Under the pieces are notes generated by a model. That model made no database searches and was not told where the DNA came from. It was given only the letters and a program-made list of their open reading frames with translations. The position numbers and the translations under genes are program-made. From an uncultured Acidimicrobiia bacterium (GTDB taxonomy: Bacteria; Acidobacteriota; Terriglobia; Versatilivoradales; Versatilivoraceae), in the NCBI GenBank assembly GCA_963786955.1, contig CAWBAT010000005.1, positions 1 through 64,000 on the forward strand: DNA of 64,000 nt, given 5' to 3'. Below are positions 55,776 to 64,000 of this stretch, piece by piece (position 1 is the first letter of the stretch; each line of letters opens with the position of its first letter).

Positions 55776-57129
55776 ATGCAGGAGATAGTCATGCCGCCCG
55801 ACGCTGTCCGGGCGGCCAATGATTTGCGCCAGGCTGATATCGTCGTCGGGATTCCCAGTTATAACAACATTCGAACCATTCGCCACGTCGTGCAGGCTGT
55901 TCAGACGGGATTGAGTAAGTATTTCCCCCAGTTTAACTCGGTAATTATTAACTCAGATGGCGGCTCGAAGGATGGTACCAGAGAGGCTGTCTTGTCTACC
56001 CGAATCGAAGACTCTCATCTGCTGCTTCTCCCGACTCCACTCTTTCCGATACACCGGCTCTCATTCCCTTATCATGGAATACCCGGGAAAGGCAGCGCCT
56101 TCCGCATGATTTTCCGTTTAGCTGAGATATTACAGTCCAAAGTATGTGCCGTGGTCGATTCGGACCTGCGTTCCATCACGCCAGAATGGGTCGATTCGCT
56201 GGTACGTCCCATTCTTCTTGGCCAACTATGATTTTGTGGCGCCTTATTACCACCGTCATAAATACGATGGGACGATCACCAATAGTATTGTTTATCCTCT
56301 GACTCGATCTTTATACGGACTCGATGTGCGGCAACCGATCGGGGGAGATTTTGCGATTTCGGCTCGCCTGATTTCTCGCTATCTCAAAAGAAAGGATTGG
56401 GAAACCGACGTTGCCCGCTTTGGAATTGATATTTGGATGAGCACCATCGCCATGGCTGAAAGATTCCGGGTCTGTCAGAGTTTTCTCGGGGCGAAATTGC
56501 ACGATACCAAAGATCCCGGCTCTGATTTGAGCGCCATGCTGCACCAAGTTGTCGGCAGCGTCTTCACTCTCATGCAGGAATATGAACCTGTTTGGCGAGA
56601 AGCAGAAGGAGAGCGAACCTGTCGACCTCTTTGGGTTTCGCTTTGATGTGGGTTTGGATCCCATCGAGTAAACGTGGATCGTATGTTGAGAGCTTTTCGG
56701 AACGGCTGCCAGGAATTGGGAGAAATATGGTCCTTAGCTCTTCAGCGTGACACCTATGAGTCTATTTTGAAAAAGGGTCTAAACATAGGCAGCGATCCTG
56801 CAGAATTTCATCTTGAAGACGAGCTGTGGGTCCGGGTGATCTACGATTATTCGGTTGCCTACAAGGAGCAACCGATTGAGCGTGGCCATTTGCTCCGCGC
56901 CTTGACGCCTCTGTATCTGGCCAAGGTTGCCTCATTCGTGCTCGAAACTGAACATATGCTGCCCGCTGAGTTTGAAGGAAAAATTGAAAATCTATGCATT
57001 TGCTTCGAGAGGCTAAAACCTTATTTGGTATCACGCTGGAATGGCAAGATTGGGGAGGTATCCCTCGAAAAAGCTGCGGTCGATGGGGGCGAGGCCAAAA
57101 AGATGCAAGCAACAACCATGGGGGTATAA
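55776..57129 (+). CDS. GT2-like glycosyltransferase (glucosylglycerate synthase-like); frameshifts near 56220 and 56620
   Basis: RBS GAGGAG; ADIVVGIPSYNN, NSDGGS.DGT, GIPGKGSA, DSDLRSI, YHRHKYDGTITN, RQPIGGDF, FGIDIWM. Confidence 0.78.
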
Positions 57130-57132
57130 TCT

Positions 57133-57837
57133 ATGTTCGAAACTCTACGTCATATCCTGGAAATCACTCTCGAGCGGCTTTCTACCCAAATCACGATTTA
57201 CCTACCGGGGCTTCTAGCCGCATTAACCATTGTGTTGGGGGCCTATGTGATGGGCCGTTTGACCCGCTGGGTGATGAACAAGATCTTCAAAGGGATGGCG
57301 CTCGATCGCTTTTTACAACAGAGTGGTCTATCAACCTTGTTAAGCCGGTCAGGAAGTCTGCACTCAACACGTTTGGTTGCAGAATCCGCCTATTGGGTCA
57401 TTCTCCTTGTGGGCCTGTTAACGGGATTGAGCGCCTTTAATACCAATATCACGACACGCATGACCGAGACGGTTGTGCTCCTTTTTCCAAAACTAATCAC
57501 GGCAGCCGTTATCCTTCTCGTAGGCGTTTGGCTTGGCCAATATCTCGGCCGAAGCACACTCGTGTGGGCTGTGAATGAAGGGCTTCCCTTTGCAAGACGA
57601 ATTGCAACTGGAGTACGAGTGGCAATCCTTTTTGTAGCCGTCGTTGTGGTTGCCGATCAGCTCAACTTTGCCCGAAACGTCTTTCTTTCGGCATTTCTGA
57701 TTTTGGCCGGTGGAGCAGTCCTCACAATCAGTTTGATTCTTGGTCTGCGAAGCCGTGACTGGATCAGTCAATTCAAGCAGGGCAAGGACTCCCATTCTGA
57801 GGAACCACTCGAGCGCTCTTTCCGTCGTCATATTTAG
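57133..57837 (+). CDS. Mechanosensitive-channel-associated TM-helix repeat protein (CmpX-like)
   Basis: YLPGLLAAL and LFPKLITAAVIL TM-helix repeats; DRFLQQSG. Confidence 0.7.
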   Translation: MFETLRHILEITLERLSTQITIYLPGLLAALTIVLGAYVMGRLTRWVMNKIFKGMALDRFLQQSGLSTLLSRSGSLHSTRLVAESAYWVILLVGLLTGLSAFNTNITTRMTETVVLLFPKLITAAVILLVGVWLGQYLGRSTLVWAVNEGLPFARRIATGVRVAILFVAVVVVADQLNFARNVFLSAFLILAGGAVLTISLILGLRSRDWISQFKQGKDSHSEEPLERSFRRHI

Positions 57838-57916
57838 CAGGATGTGGGGCATGTCCTCATAGGCAACATGATGACAAACAAAGAATCCTACTTCGCCACG
57901 AAAGGAGAGGACAGGC

Positions 57917-58897
57917 ATGAATGATGCGAGAAGAACCGATCACGTGTGGTCAGTGATACTTTCTGGAGGAGAAGGCGAGCGCCTCCGCCCCTTCGTTCAA
58001 CGCTGGCTTGGTCGCCCCAAACCAAAACAATATTGTACATTCGTGGGGAAAAGATCGATGTTCCAGCATACGATTGCCCGGGCAAATCTGATTAGCGAAC
58101 CAGAGAGGACTGTCACCGTAATCAGCCACCATCATCTCTCCGAGGCGATACTGCAGCTTGACGATAAGAACTACCGAAATATGATCCTGCAGCCTACAAA
58201 CCGAGATACTGCGGCAGGTGTTTTCCTTGCCCTCTCTCACGCAAGCGTGCACGACCCGTCGGCAACCGTTGTCATTTTTCCTTCGGATCACTTTGTGTTT
58301 CCGGAATATCGATTCCTAGAGGCAGTCAGGAGCGCGGTTCGGGCCTCAGATCTCTTTCCGGAAAAAGTGTTCTTGTTAGGCGTTTCACCCGGCAATCCTG
58401 AGGTTGATTACGGGTGGATTCGGAGACGGAATCAATTGGGCTGGGCCGATGAGTTTCGAGTCGATGCAGTCGAGTCTTTTCTGGAAAAACCGAGCCTGGA
58501 AATTTGCAAAACCGCCATGAAATCAGGGGCCCTTTGGAATACCATGGTGCTCATTTCCAGAGCGGAAAATTTATGGAAATTGGGTCGACAAGTCTTTCCC
58601 GACATTATTTCTTTGTTTGAGAAGTACAAGGACGCGATTGGGTCGGATCATGAGAAAGCGGTTCTTGATTCCATTTACGAATCCATGCCGAAGAGAAATT
58701 TCTCGGCGGATTGTTTGCAGCGTTTTCCAGAGGAGCTTGCGGTCATTGAGCTCAATGACATCCTATGGTCCGACTGGGGTCGTCAGGAACGGATTGTGGA
58801 GACCCTCCGACGAATCGGCCGAAAACCCTCTTTTAGGGTGTTGGGATGTGAAAAATCCCGAAAAGGCTTATCGGACTTTAGGGCAAGCGAAATTTAG
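57917..58897 (+). CDS. Sugar-phosphate nucleotidyltransferase (mannose-1-phosphate guanylyltransferase-like)
   Basis: ILSGGEGERL, PKQY, QPTNRDTA, FPSDH, DYGWI, FLEKP, WNT, WSDWG. Confidence 0.85.
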   Translation: MNDARRTDHVWSVILSGGEGERLRPFVQRWLGRPKPKQYCTFVGKRSMFQHTIARANLISEPERTVTVISHHHLSEAILQLDDKNYRNMILQPTNRDTAAGVFLALSHASVHDPSATVVIFPSDHFVFPEYRFLEAVRSAVRASDLFPEKVFLLGVSPGNPEVDYGWIRRRNQLGWADEFRVDAVESFLEKPSLEICKTAMKSGALWNTMVLISRAENLWKLGRQVFPDIISLFEKYKDAIGSDHEKAVLDSIYESMPKRNFSADCLQRFPEELAVIELNDILWSDWGRQERIVETLRRIGRKPSFRVLGCEKSRKGLSDFRASEI

Positions 58898-59276
58898 CAA
58901 CGGTTGAATTGAAGACAGCATCAATCGGCAAACACGATGAACTTGGATTCTATTTCAGTATTTTGCAGGCACTTAAAAGAGTTGCTTAGCGAAAAATGGG
59001 GGACTGTATTTCACAATGAATCAGCTGTAAGAAAAGGAAAAGAGGGACAACTCCTAGGATCGATTCAAATGAGGTACGGAAGGACACGCAACGACGCTGC
59101 GTGAAACAATAGGAAGATGGAGCAGAATGCCACTGAGAATAATTGAATCTTAATGGATTACGAAGCGGATTCGTAGCTCTATGTGCGCCAGATGTATTAA
59201 CCAGAAGGAAGTCGTGAATTCAAATACAGTGGGCTCCGATTCCAAAGTCACTGGTTCCTTTGGAAGAAAGCGAATC

Positions 59277-60083
59277 TCAATGTTCGGCAGCGGTCATCTC
59301 GAGAATCGCATCATTCCAGCCCTCAGGGCCCGGCTGCGCGGTGAGGCGCGCTGCTGGGAGATGAGGCATGATCTTTTCTGAGTGAATTGATCTAATCAAG
59401 ATGGGAGTGTCGACCAGTCGCAGAAAAGGCAAATCGTTAAAACTGTCGCCTAACCCAATTGTGTAAATGTGGGGATCCAGCTTTCCATAAAGATCATTAA
59501 GAGCCTGAACCGCCGCCGCTTTATCATTGCCTCCCAGGATATGGTAGAAACGCCCACCCCGTGTCCATTGCTTGCCCTGTTCTTCAATGGCTTTCAGCAA
59601 CAACTCTCCCCTTTCCCTGTCCAAAATCTTAAAAGGCTCATCAAATTCCCTCTTTTTGGCTGCTTCTGCCTGTTCCATCGGGATTCCGCAAACAGTAGCA
59701 ACTTCTTCGACCGTCATCTCGTGAAAACCTTTCACTTTGCACTGACTTCTCCGAGACGCCAACATTAAGGCTGAGACCAGGGATTGGTATGGATCACCCA
59801 GTTCTATGAGATCATAGCCATCTCGTGGCTTGGCTCTTTGAACTGCAAACGGGAAATAGGCTTTTGGAATGAAAACGCCACCGCCATTTTCCACCATAAA
59901 TGGGTCCCGGTTGTTCAATTTGTCGCGCCAAAATCCTACTTCTGATCGTGTTTTGCTGGTAACGAGGATGAGTGGTATCCTCTGAAAGTGGAGTTGGTTG
60001 AGAGCTGGTTCGGCCGGCGTGAACGAATAAGTGTCGTGATCCAGCAGAGTTCCATCAAGATCGGTATAAATAAGTTTCATCAT
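59277..60083 (-). CDS. Mannosyl/glucosyl-3-phosphoglycerate phosphatase (HAD-IIB)
   Basis: TDLDGTLLD, TSKTRSE, VENGGG, REFDEPF, GGRFYH, DKAAA, GLGDSFND, GPEGWN. Confidence 0.9.
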   Translation of the reverse strand: MMKLIYTDLDGTLLDHDTYSFTPAEPALNQLHFQRIPLILVTSKTRSEVGFWRDKLNNRDPFMVENGGGVFIPKAYFPFAVQRAKPRDGYDLIELGDPYQSLVSALMLASRRSQCKVKGFHEMTVEEVATVCGIPMEQAEAAKKREFDEPFKILDRERGELLLKAIEEQGKQWTRGGRFYHILGGNDKAAAVQALNDLYGKLDPHIYTIGLGDSFNDLPFLRLVDTPILIRSIHSEKIMPHLPAARLTAQPGPEGWNDAILEMTAAEH

Positions 60084-60173
60084 ACCCGAAGCTTAACAAG
60101 GAATTATCGGTTGATCTATCCAGCCATGGTTGTATTTAATATCTCAATTCCACAGTAGGCCAAGAGGATTTTC

Positions 60174-61517
60174 ATGACACGACGGTCGTGGCCTGTCCTG
60201 ACGATCGGTTTTGGGATCTTGCTGACGCTAATCATGATCTTGGGCGCAGAAGCGATCCGCCGAGTTCAGCGAATCAATAACGAGATCGCTTCCATCCAGC
60301 AAAGATTTCAACATAGCGACAGCGTTTTGAGTCACGTGAGGTCTCAGGTTTATCTTTCTGGAATCCTGATACGTGATTTCTTGCTTGATCCTTCCAGCTT
60401 AGGTGGTGCTTCCATTAAAGAACAGCTTGTCGAGAATCGCTCCTCTATTGACCAGCAATTGGATGGACTTGAGCCGCAATTGAATCCTTATGAAGCGGAA
60501 CTGTTGAAGCGCCTGCATAAAGAAGTTGATCATTATTGGGAGAGTATGGACCCCATTTTTTCCTGGACTGTTCAAGAAAAGGCGGCGTTGAGCTCCTTTT
60601 TCTTGAGGAAGCAGGTCCTGCCGCGTCGTGAGGCGGTTCTATCCATCGCCGACCAAATCCGCAAAGTGAATGAATCCAATTTCGAACGCCAACGAGAAGG
60701 GGTTCGTCAAAGCTGGGCAAATTTTCATGGCTTTCTGATCCGCGTGACTGGCATTTCTTTGATTCTAGGTATTGGAGTGGCAGTCGTAAGCGTCTTACGG
60801 ATGCATCGTCTGGAATTCCATTCTGAGCAGCAACGGCAGCAGTCGGAACAGACCAAAGCGGACCTGCGTCGGCTTTCCCAGCAATTAGTACGGACCCAGG
60901 AACATGAGCGCACGTTGATCTCCAGAGAATTACATGATGAGGTAGGACAGATTCTGACCGGCTTGAAAATGGAACTGGGGAACCTGGAAAAGGTTCGACA
61001 CACCAATGGGCCCGAATTCCGAGAACACCTGGAAGGAGCCCGCAGTCTCGGCAGTCGAGCTCTTGACGTCGTTCGCAACATGGCCATGGGACTGCGGCCC
61101 TCCATGTTAGATGACTTAGGATTGGTGCCAGCCATTGAATGGCTGTCTAAGGAATTCTCCCGGCGGAGCAGAATTCCAGTTGATTTGCAGATTGACGGCA
61201 AACTGGATCACCTCTCCGACATGCACCGAACTTGCATCTACCGGGTGGTCCAGGAAGCTTTGACCAATTGTGCACGGCATTCTCAGGCAAAGAATATTCA
61301 AATCAGCTTACATGGCGACAGAGACTTCCTTTCATTAGCCATTCGGGATGATGGGGTCGGGTATGACAGAGCGAAGAGGTATTCCGGCGGTATAGGGTTG
61401 ATCGGTATTGAAGAAAGGGTTAAAGAATTAAATGGAACCGTTGAGATTGTTTCCCAGCCGCACAAAGGAACCTTGATCCAAGTGAAAATTCCCCATAGCA
61501 AGGAAGTGGAAGTATGA
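60174..61517 (+). CDS. Membrane sensor histidine kinase (HisKA_3, NarX/UhpB type)
   Basis: Two TM helices, QEHER..ISRELHDEVGQ, LRPSMLDDLGL, QEALTN..RHS, DDGVG, GIGL.G.EER. Confidence 0.93.
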   Translation: MTRRSWPVLTIGFGILLTLIMILGAEAIRRVQRINNEIASIQQRFQHSDSVLSHVRSQVYLSGILIRDFLLDPSSLGGASIKEQLVENRSSIDQQLDGLEPQLNPYEAELLKRLHKEVDHYWESMDPIFSWTVQEKAALSSFFLRKQVLPRREAVLSIADQIRKVNESNFERQREGVRQSWANFHGFLIRVTGISLILGIGVAVVSVLRMHRLEFHSEQQRQQSEQTKADLRRLSQQLVRTQEHERTLISRELHDEVGQILTGLKMELGNLEKVRHTNGPEFREHLEGARSLGSRALDVVRNMAMGLRPSMLDDLGLVPAIEWLSKEFSRRSRIPVDLQIDGKLDHLSDMHRTCIYRVVQEALTNCARHSQAKNIQISLHGDRDFLSLAIRDDGVGYDRAKRYSGGIGLIGIEERVKELNGTVEIVSQPHKGTLIQVKIPHSKEVEV

Positions 61518-62164
61518 AGCCCATCCGTGTACTCCTGGCTGATGATCACGGCGTCGTGCGCAAAGGGTTGCGTTTCATGCTGGAGCAGCAACCGGGGATG
61601 TCGGTAGTGGGAGAAGCCTGCGATGGGAGAGAAGCCGTGAAGCTGGCCGCAGAACAGAACCCTGACGTCGTAATCATGGACATTGGCATGCCTATCCTCA
61701 ACGGGATCGAGGCGGCTGCGCAGATTGTGAAACGAAATCCAGATATTGGCGTGATTTTTCTGAGTATGCACTCAGATGAAAGTTACCTATTACGAGCCTT
61801 GACTGCGGGAGCCAAAGGTTACTTGCTGAAAGATTCAGCAGAAACTGATTTGGTGAGAGCTGTGCAGGCTATCGCTGCCCATAAGCCTTTTTTCAGTCCG
61901 GCAATTGCCAATACCCTTCTTGAAGATTACTTGCGCCACCTACAGCAGAAAGGGATACAGGACTCCTACGACCTGCTGACCGAAAGGGAGAAAGAGATCC
62001 TGCAACTCATCGCGGAAGGTAAGTCTAACAAAGAAGTGGCGACGTTGTTGAATATTAGCTTGTACACCGTTGAAACCCACCGCACTCATATTATGCAAAA
62101 GCTAAACCTGCATAATACGGCTGAGATCGTTTTGTATGCTGTTCGCAAGAAAATCATTTCTTGA
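61514..62164 (+). CDS. NarL/LuxR-family response regulator
   Basis: LADDH, MDIGMP, LSMH, GYLLK, LTEREKEILQLIAEGKSNKEVA. Confidence 0.95.
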   Translation: MKPIRVLLADDHGVVRKGLRFMLEQQPGMSVVGEACDGREAVKLAAEQNPDVVIMDIGMPILNGIEAAAQIVKRNPDIGVIFLSMHSDESYLLRALTAGAKGYLLKDSAETDLVRAVQAIAAHKPFFSPAIANTLLEDYLRHLQQKGIQDSYDLLTEREKEILQLIAEGKSNKEVATLLNISLYTVETHRTHIMQKLNLHNTAEIVLYAVRKKIIS

Positions 62165-62238
62165 GTGGCTGCGAAACTAGATTCAAAAAAATGGTGAGGC
62201 TATTTTCTTCCTTTTGGATTCCCGAGACTTGGAAGACT

Positions 62239-64000
62239 CTACTTAGTAATTAGCTCACACCGGGGACGCACGCTTATGGACTTGAATTCTTTTAATTGGA
62301 CGAGCCCGGGCTTGGACCCTCTTGGTTTAGACACATACTTGCGTCGCGTATGATGCACCTCAACTTTATTGGCATTTCGGGCCTGACTAAAATAGGCGGC
62401 TACTTCCGCCGCTTCTCTGAGGGATTGTTGCGGCGCAGAATCCAACCTTTCTGGATTGCGTAAGACAACATGCGAGCCTCCATAATCGGCGACATGAAAC
62501 CAAAAATCATCCGGATTTGCCAATTTAAATGTCAGGACATCATTTTCACGGCTATTTTTCCCCACCCAGATTTCCATTCCATCGGTAGACGAAAAAATTC
62601 TGGCTGATTTCTTGATTGAAGTCAGTTCGGTCTGGGCTTTGTGACGGCGAACGGACCGGGTTCCAAACTTTGTAATTTCGGAAGAATTTTTTTTCATCTC
62701 TTTGGCTTGAGTCTGGGAGGGAGGTTCATCCAATGTTTCGCTCGCCTCAGCGGAACGAGCCAGGCGATCCAGGTGTAATTCAAGGTTTGAGATTTCCAAG
62801 TCCAGCGTGTCTATGCGTCTCTGGATCACGGGGATTGCACGATTGGCCTTTTGAAAGAGTCGGGCATAACGATTTGCATTCTCGATGAGACTGAGCTGGG
62901 GATTGAGAGGAATCTCGATTGCGTGCATTGCCGCATCAAACAAGTCCGGAATGGTCTTCTGGACACTTCCTTTTTGTGCCTTATCAGGTTGCGCATAGAG
63001 AAGATTGGAATATTTTTCAAAAATGCCATATCCCAAATTCTTCTGCAAGTCCTCGCCTAAACTCTTTTTGAGTCGAAGCTTCCTCTTAAGAGCCGCCGTC
63101 AGTTGAGATTTAAGAGTCTGTGCTTTCCTCTGAACCGGCCCAACAGCGCGTGAATTTTGAAATAGTTCAGTGGCCAGTTCATTCACAGTGGGAAAGATTT
63201 TATGGCGGCAAGAGGCAAGATGTTCCAAAGGAATTGGAGAGGGAACTTGTGGATGATGGCCCACAGGGCTGATTTCCATTGAATTTGCCAGTTCGGTCAG
63301 AGGGTCTGGCGTAAAGTAAATCCGAGGACTGAAAGGTCCCGCTGAAAAGCGCCGGCAGAGTGACTGAAACTCGGTCCACAAAGATTCAATTGTTAAGCAT
63401 CGCCTAAACTGCAATTCGTGTCTGAACGCTGGGGTAAGCCCTAATATCTGGGCCATTGGGTCAAGGCTCAAGGGTTGGAGGTTTGGGCCATGACTTTCCT
63501 CCCCCTCAGAGACTCGGGCGGTTGTTGCTAGGTTCAGGCCAACTTGGATGGTCTGTGTCCCGGTAAATAGACCTACAAATTGAGATTGGGTGATGTTGTC
63601 CACTTGATATTTGCCGACGGGGGGAACGTGCCGATAGGGGCTTTTCCCGCTTCCTCCGCTATCTGTAACGGGAAAAGCCGAGGCGATCACTTCATCGGAG
63701 GCATCGAGGAGGAACAAGTTGAGCCTATGAGGAATCAGTCGAATGACGAGTCGAAAACGCTCTGGCTGATTCGAGAGAGAAAGTTTCTCAACTTCTAGAA
63801 TAAGGACGCGATCGGCCGTTTCTTTGCTGAATTCAACCACTCTCCCACCTTGAACTTTCTTTCTTAGAATCATCAAAAAGTCTGAGGCCTCTGACTGCAA
63901 CGGAACCTCTCGATCCGAAAGGAAAAGGATTGGGGCGGTCGGGACCAGCGAGATAATAAAAGACTTGGGGGGTGCTGGGCGTAGACTGAGGACGAAGGTA
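62239..64000 (-). CDS. NFACT family protein (Rqc2/FbpA-like); 5' end beyond the window
   Basis: DRVL, ENANRY, WVGKNSREND.LT, DDFWFHV..GGSHVVL, AAYFSQAR, YVSKPRGSKPG.V; the frame stays open to the window edge. Confidence 0.9.
   Translation of the reverse strand, partial: TFVLSLRPAPPKSFIISLVPTAPILFLSDREVPLQSEASDFLMILRKKVQGGRVVEFSKETADRVLILEVEKLSLSNQPERFRLVIRLIPHRLNLFLLDASDEVIASAFPVTDSGGSGKSPYRHVPPVGKYQVDNITQSQFVGLFTGTQTIQVGLNLATTARVSEGEESHGPNLQPLSLDPMAQILGLTPAFRHELQFRRCLTIESLWTEFQSLCRRFSAGPFSPRIYFTPDPLTELANSMEISPVGHHPQVPSPIPLEHLASCRHKIFPTVNELATELFQNSRAVGPVQRKAQTLKSQLTAALKRKLRLKKSLGEDLQKNLGYGIFEKYSNLLYAQPDKAQKGSVQKTIPDLFDAAMHAIEIPLNPQLSLIENANRYARLFQKANRAIPVIQRRIDTLDLEISNLELHLDRLARSAEASETLDEPPSQTQAKEMKKNSSEITKFGTRSVRRHKAQTELTSIKKSARIFSSTDGMEIWVGKNSRENDVLTFKLANPDDFWFHVADYGGSHVVLRNPERLDSAPQQSLREAAEVAAYFSQARNANKVEVHHTRRKYVSKPRGSKPGLVQLKEFKSISVRPRCELITK

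Overview
Bacterial genomic window; the gene content suggests Acidobacteriota, but that is an impression only. Many otherwise intact genes carry single-base frameshifts, probably long-read consensus errors. Layout: (1) 1-5075 is a nested mobile structure in which a class C group II intron is interrupted by an IS256-family element, itself interrupted by a near-identical intact copy of the same intron. (2) 5.3-21.4 kb is a periplasmic sulfatase-associated island (arylsulfatase, PpiC-type PPIase, three HupE/UreJ genes, DUF3604, DUF2092, DUF1254/DUF1214). A shuffled duplicate module (MITE, promoter/leader, two small genes) brackets its core. It contains a four-helix-bundle (23S IVP/bAvd-like) gene enclosed by inverted copies of a heptamer-armed hairpin element that occurs three times at successive gene junctions; this is the best candidate for an undescribed system. 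(3) 21.6-31.4 kb holds glycoside hydrolase-like and secreted proteins and an IS3 element. (4) 31.4-48.6 kb holds a Na+/H+ antiporter, a NoeA/NoeB-like cell-surface modification trio, treZ, a monooxygenase, a ligand-deficient Rieske gene and several decayed segmental duplications. (5) 48.8-64 kb holds a ClC-CBS-TPR fusion, a 7TM-HD phosphodiesterase, glucosylglycerate-type osmolyte genes, a NarX/NarL-type two-component pair and an NFACT (Rqc2) gene. No rRNA, tRNA or CRISPR array was recognised.
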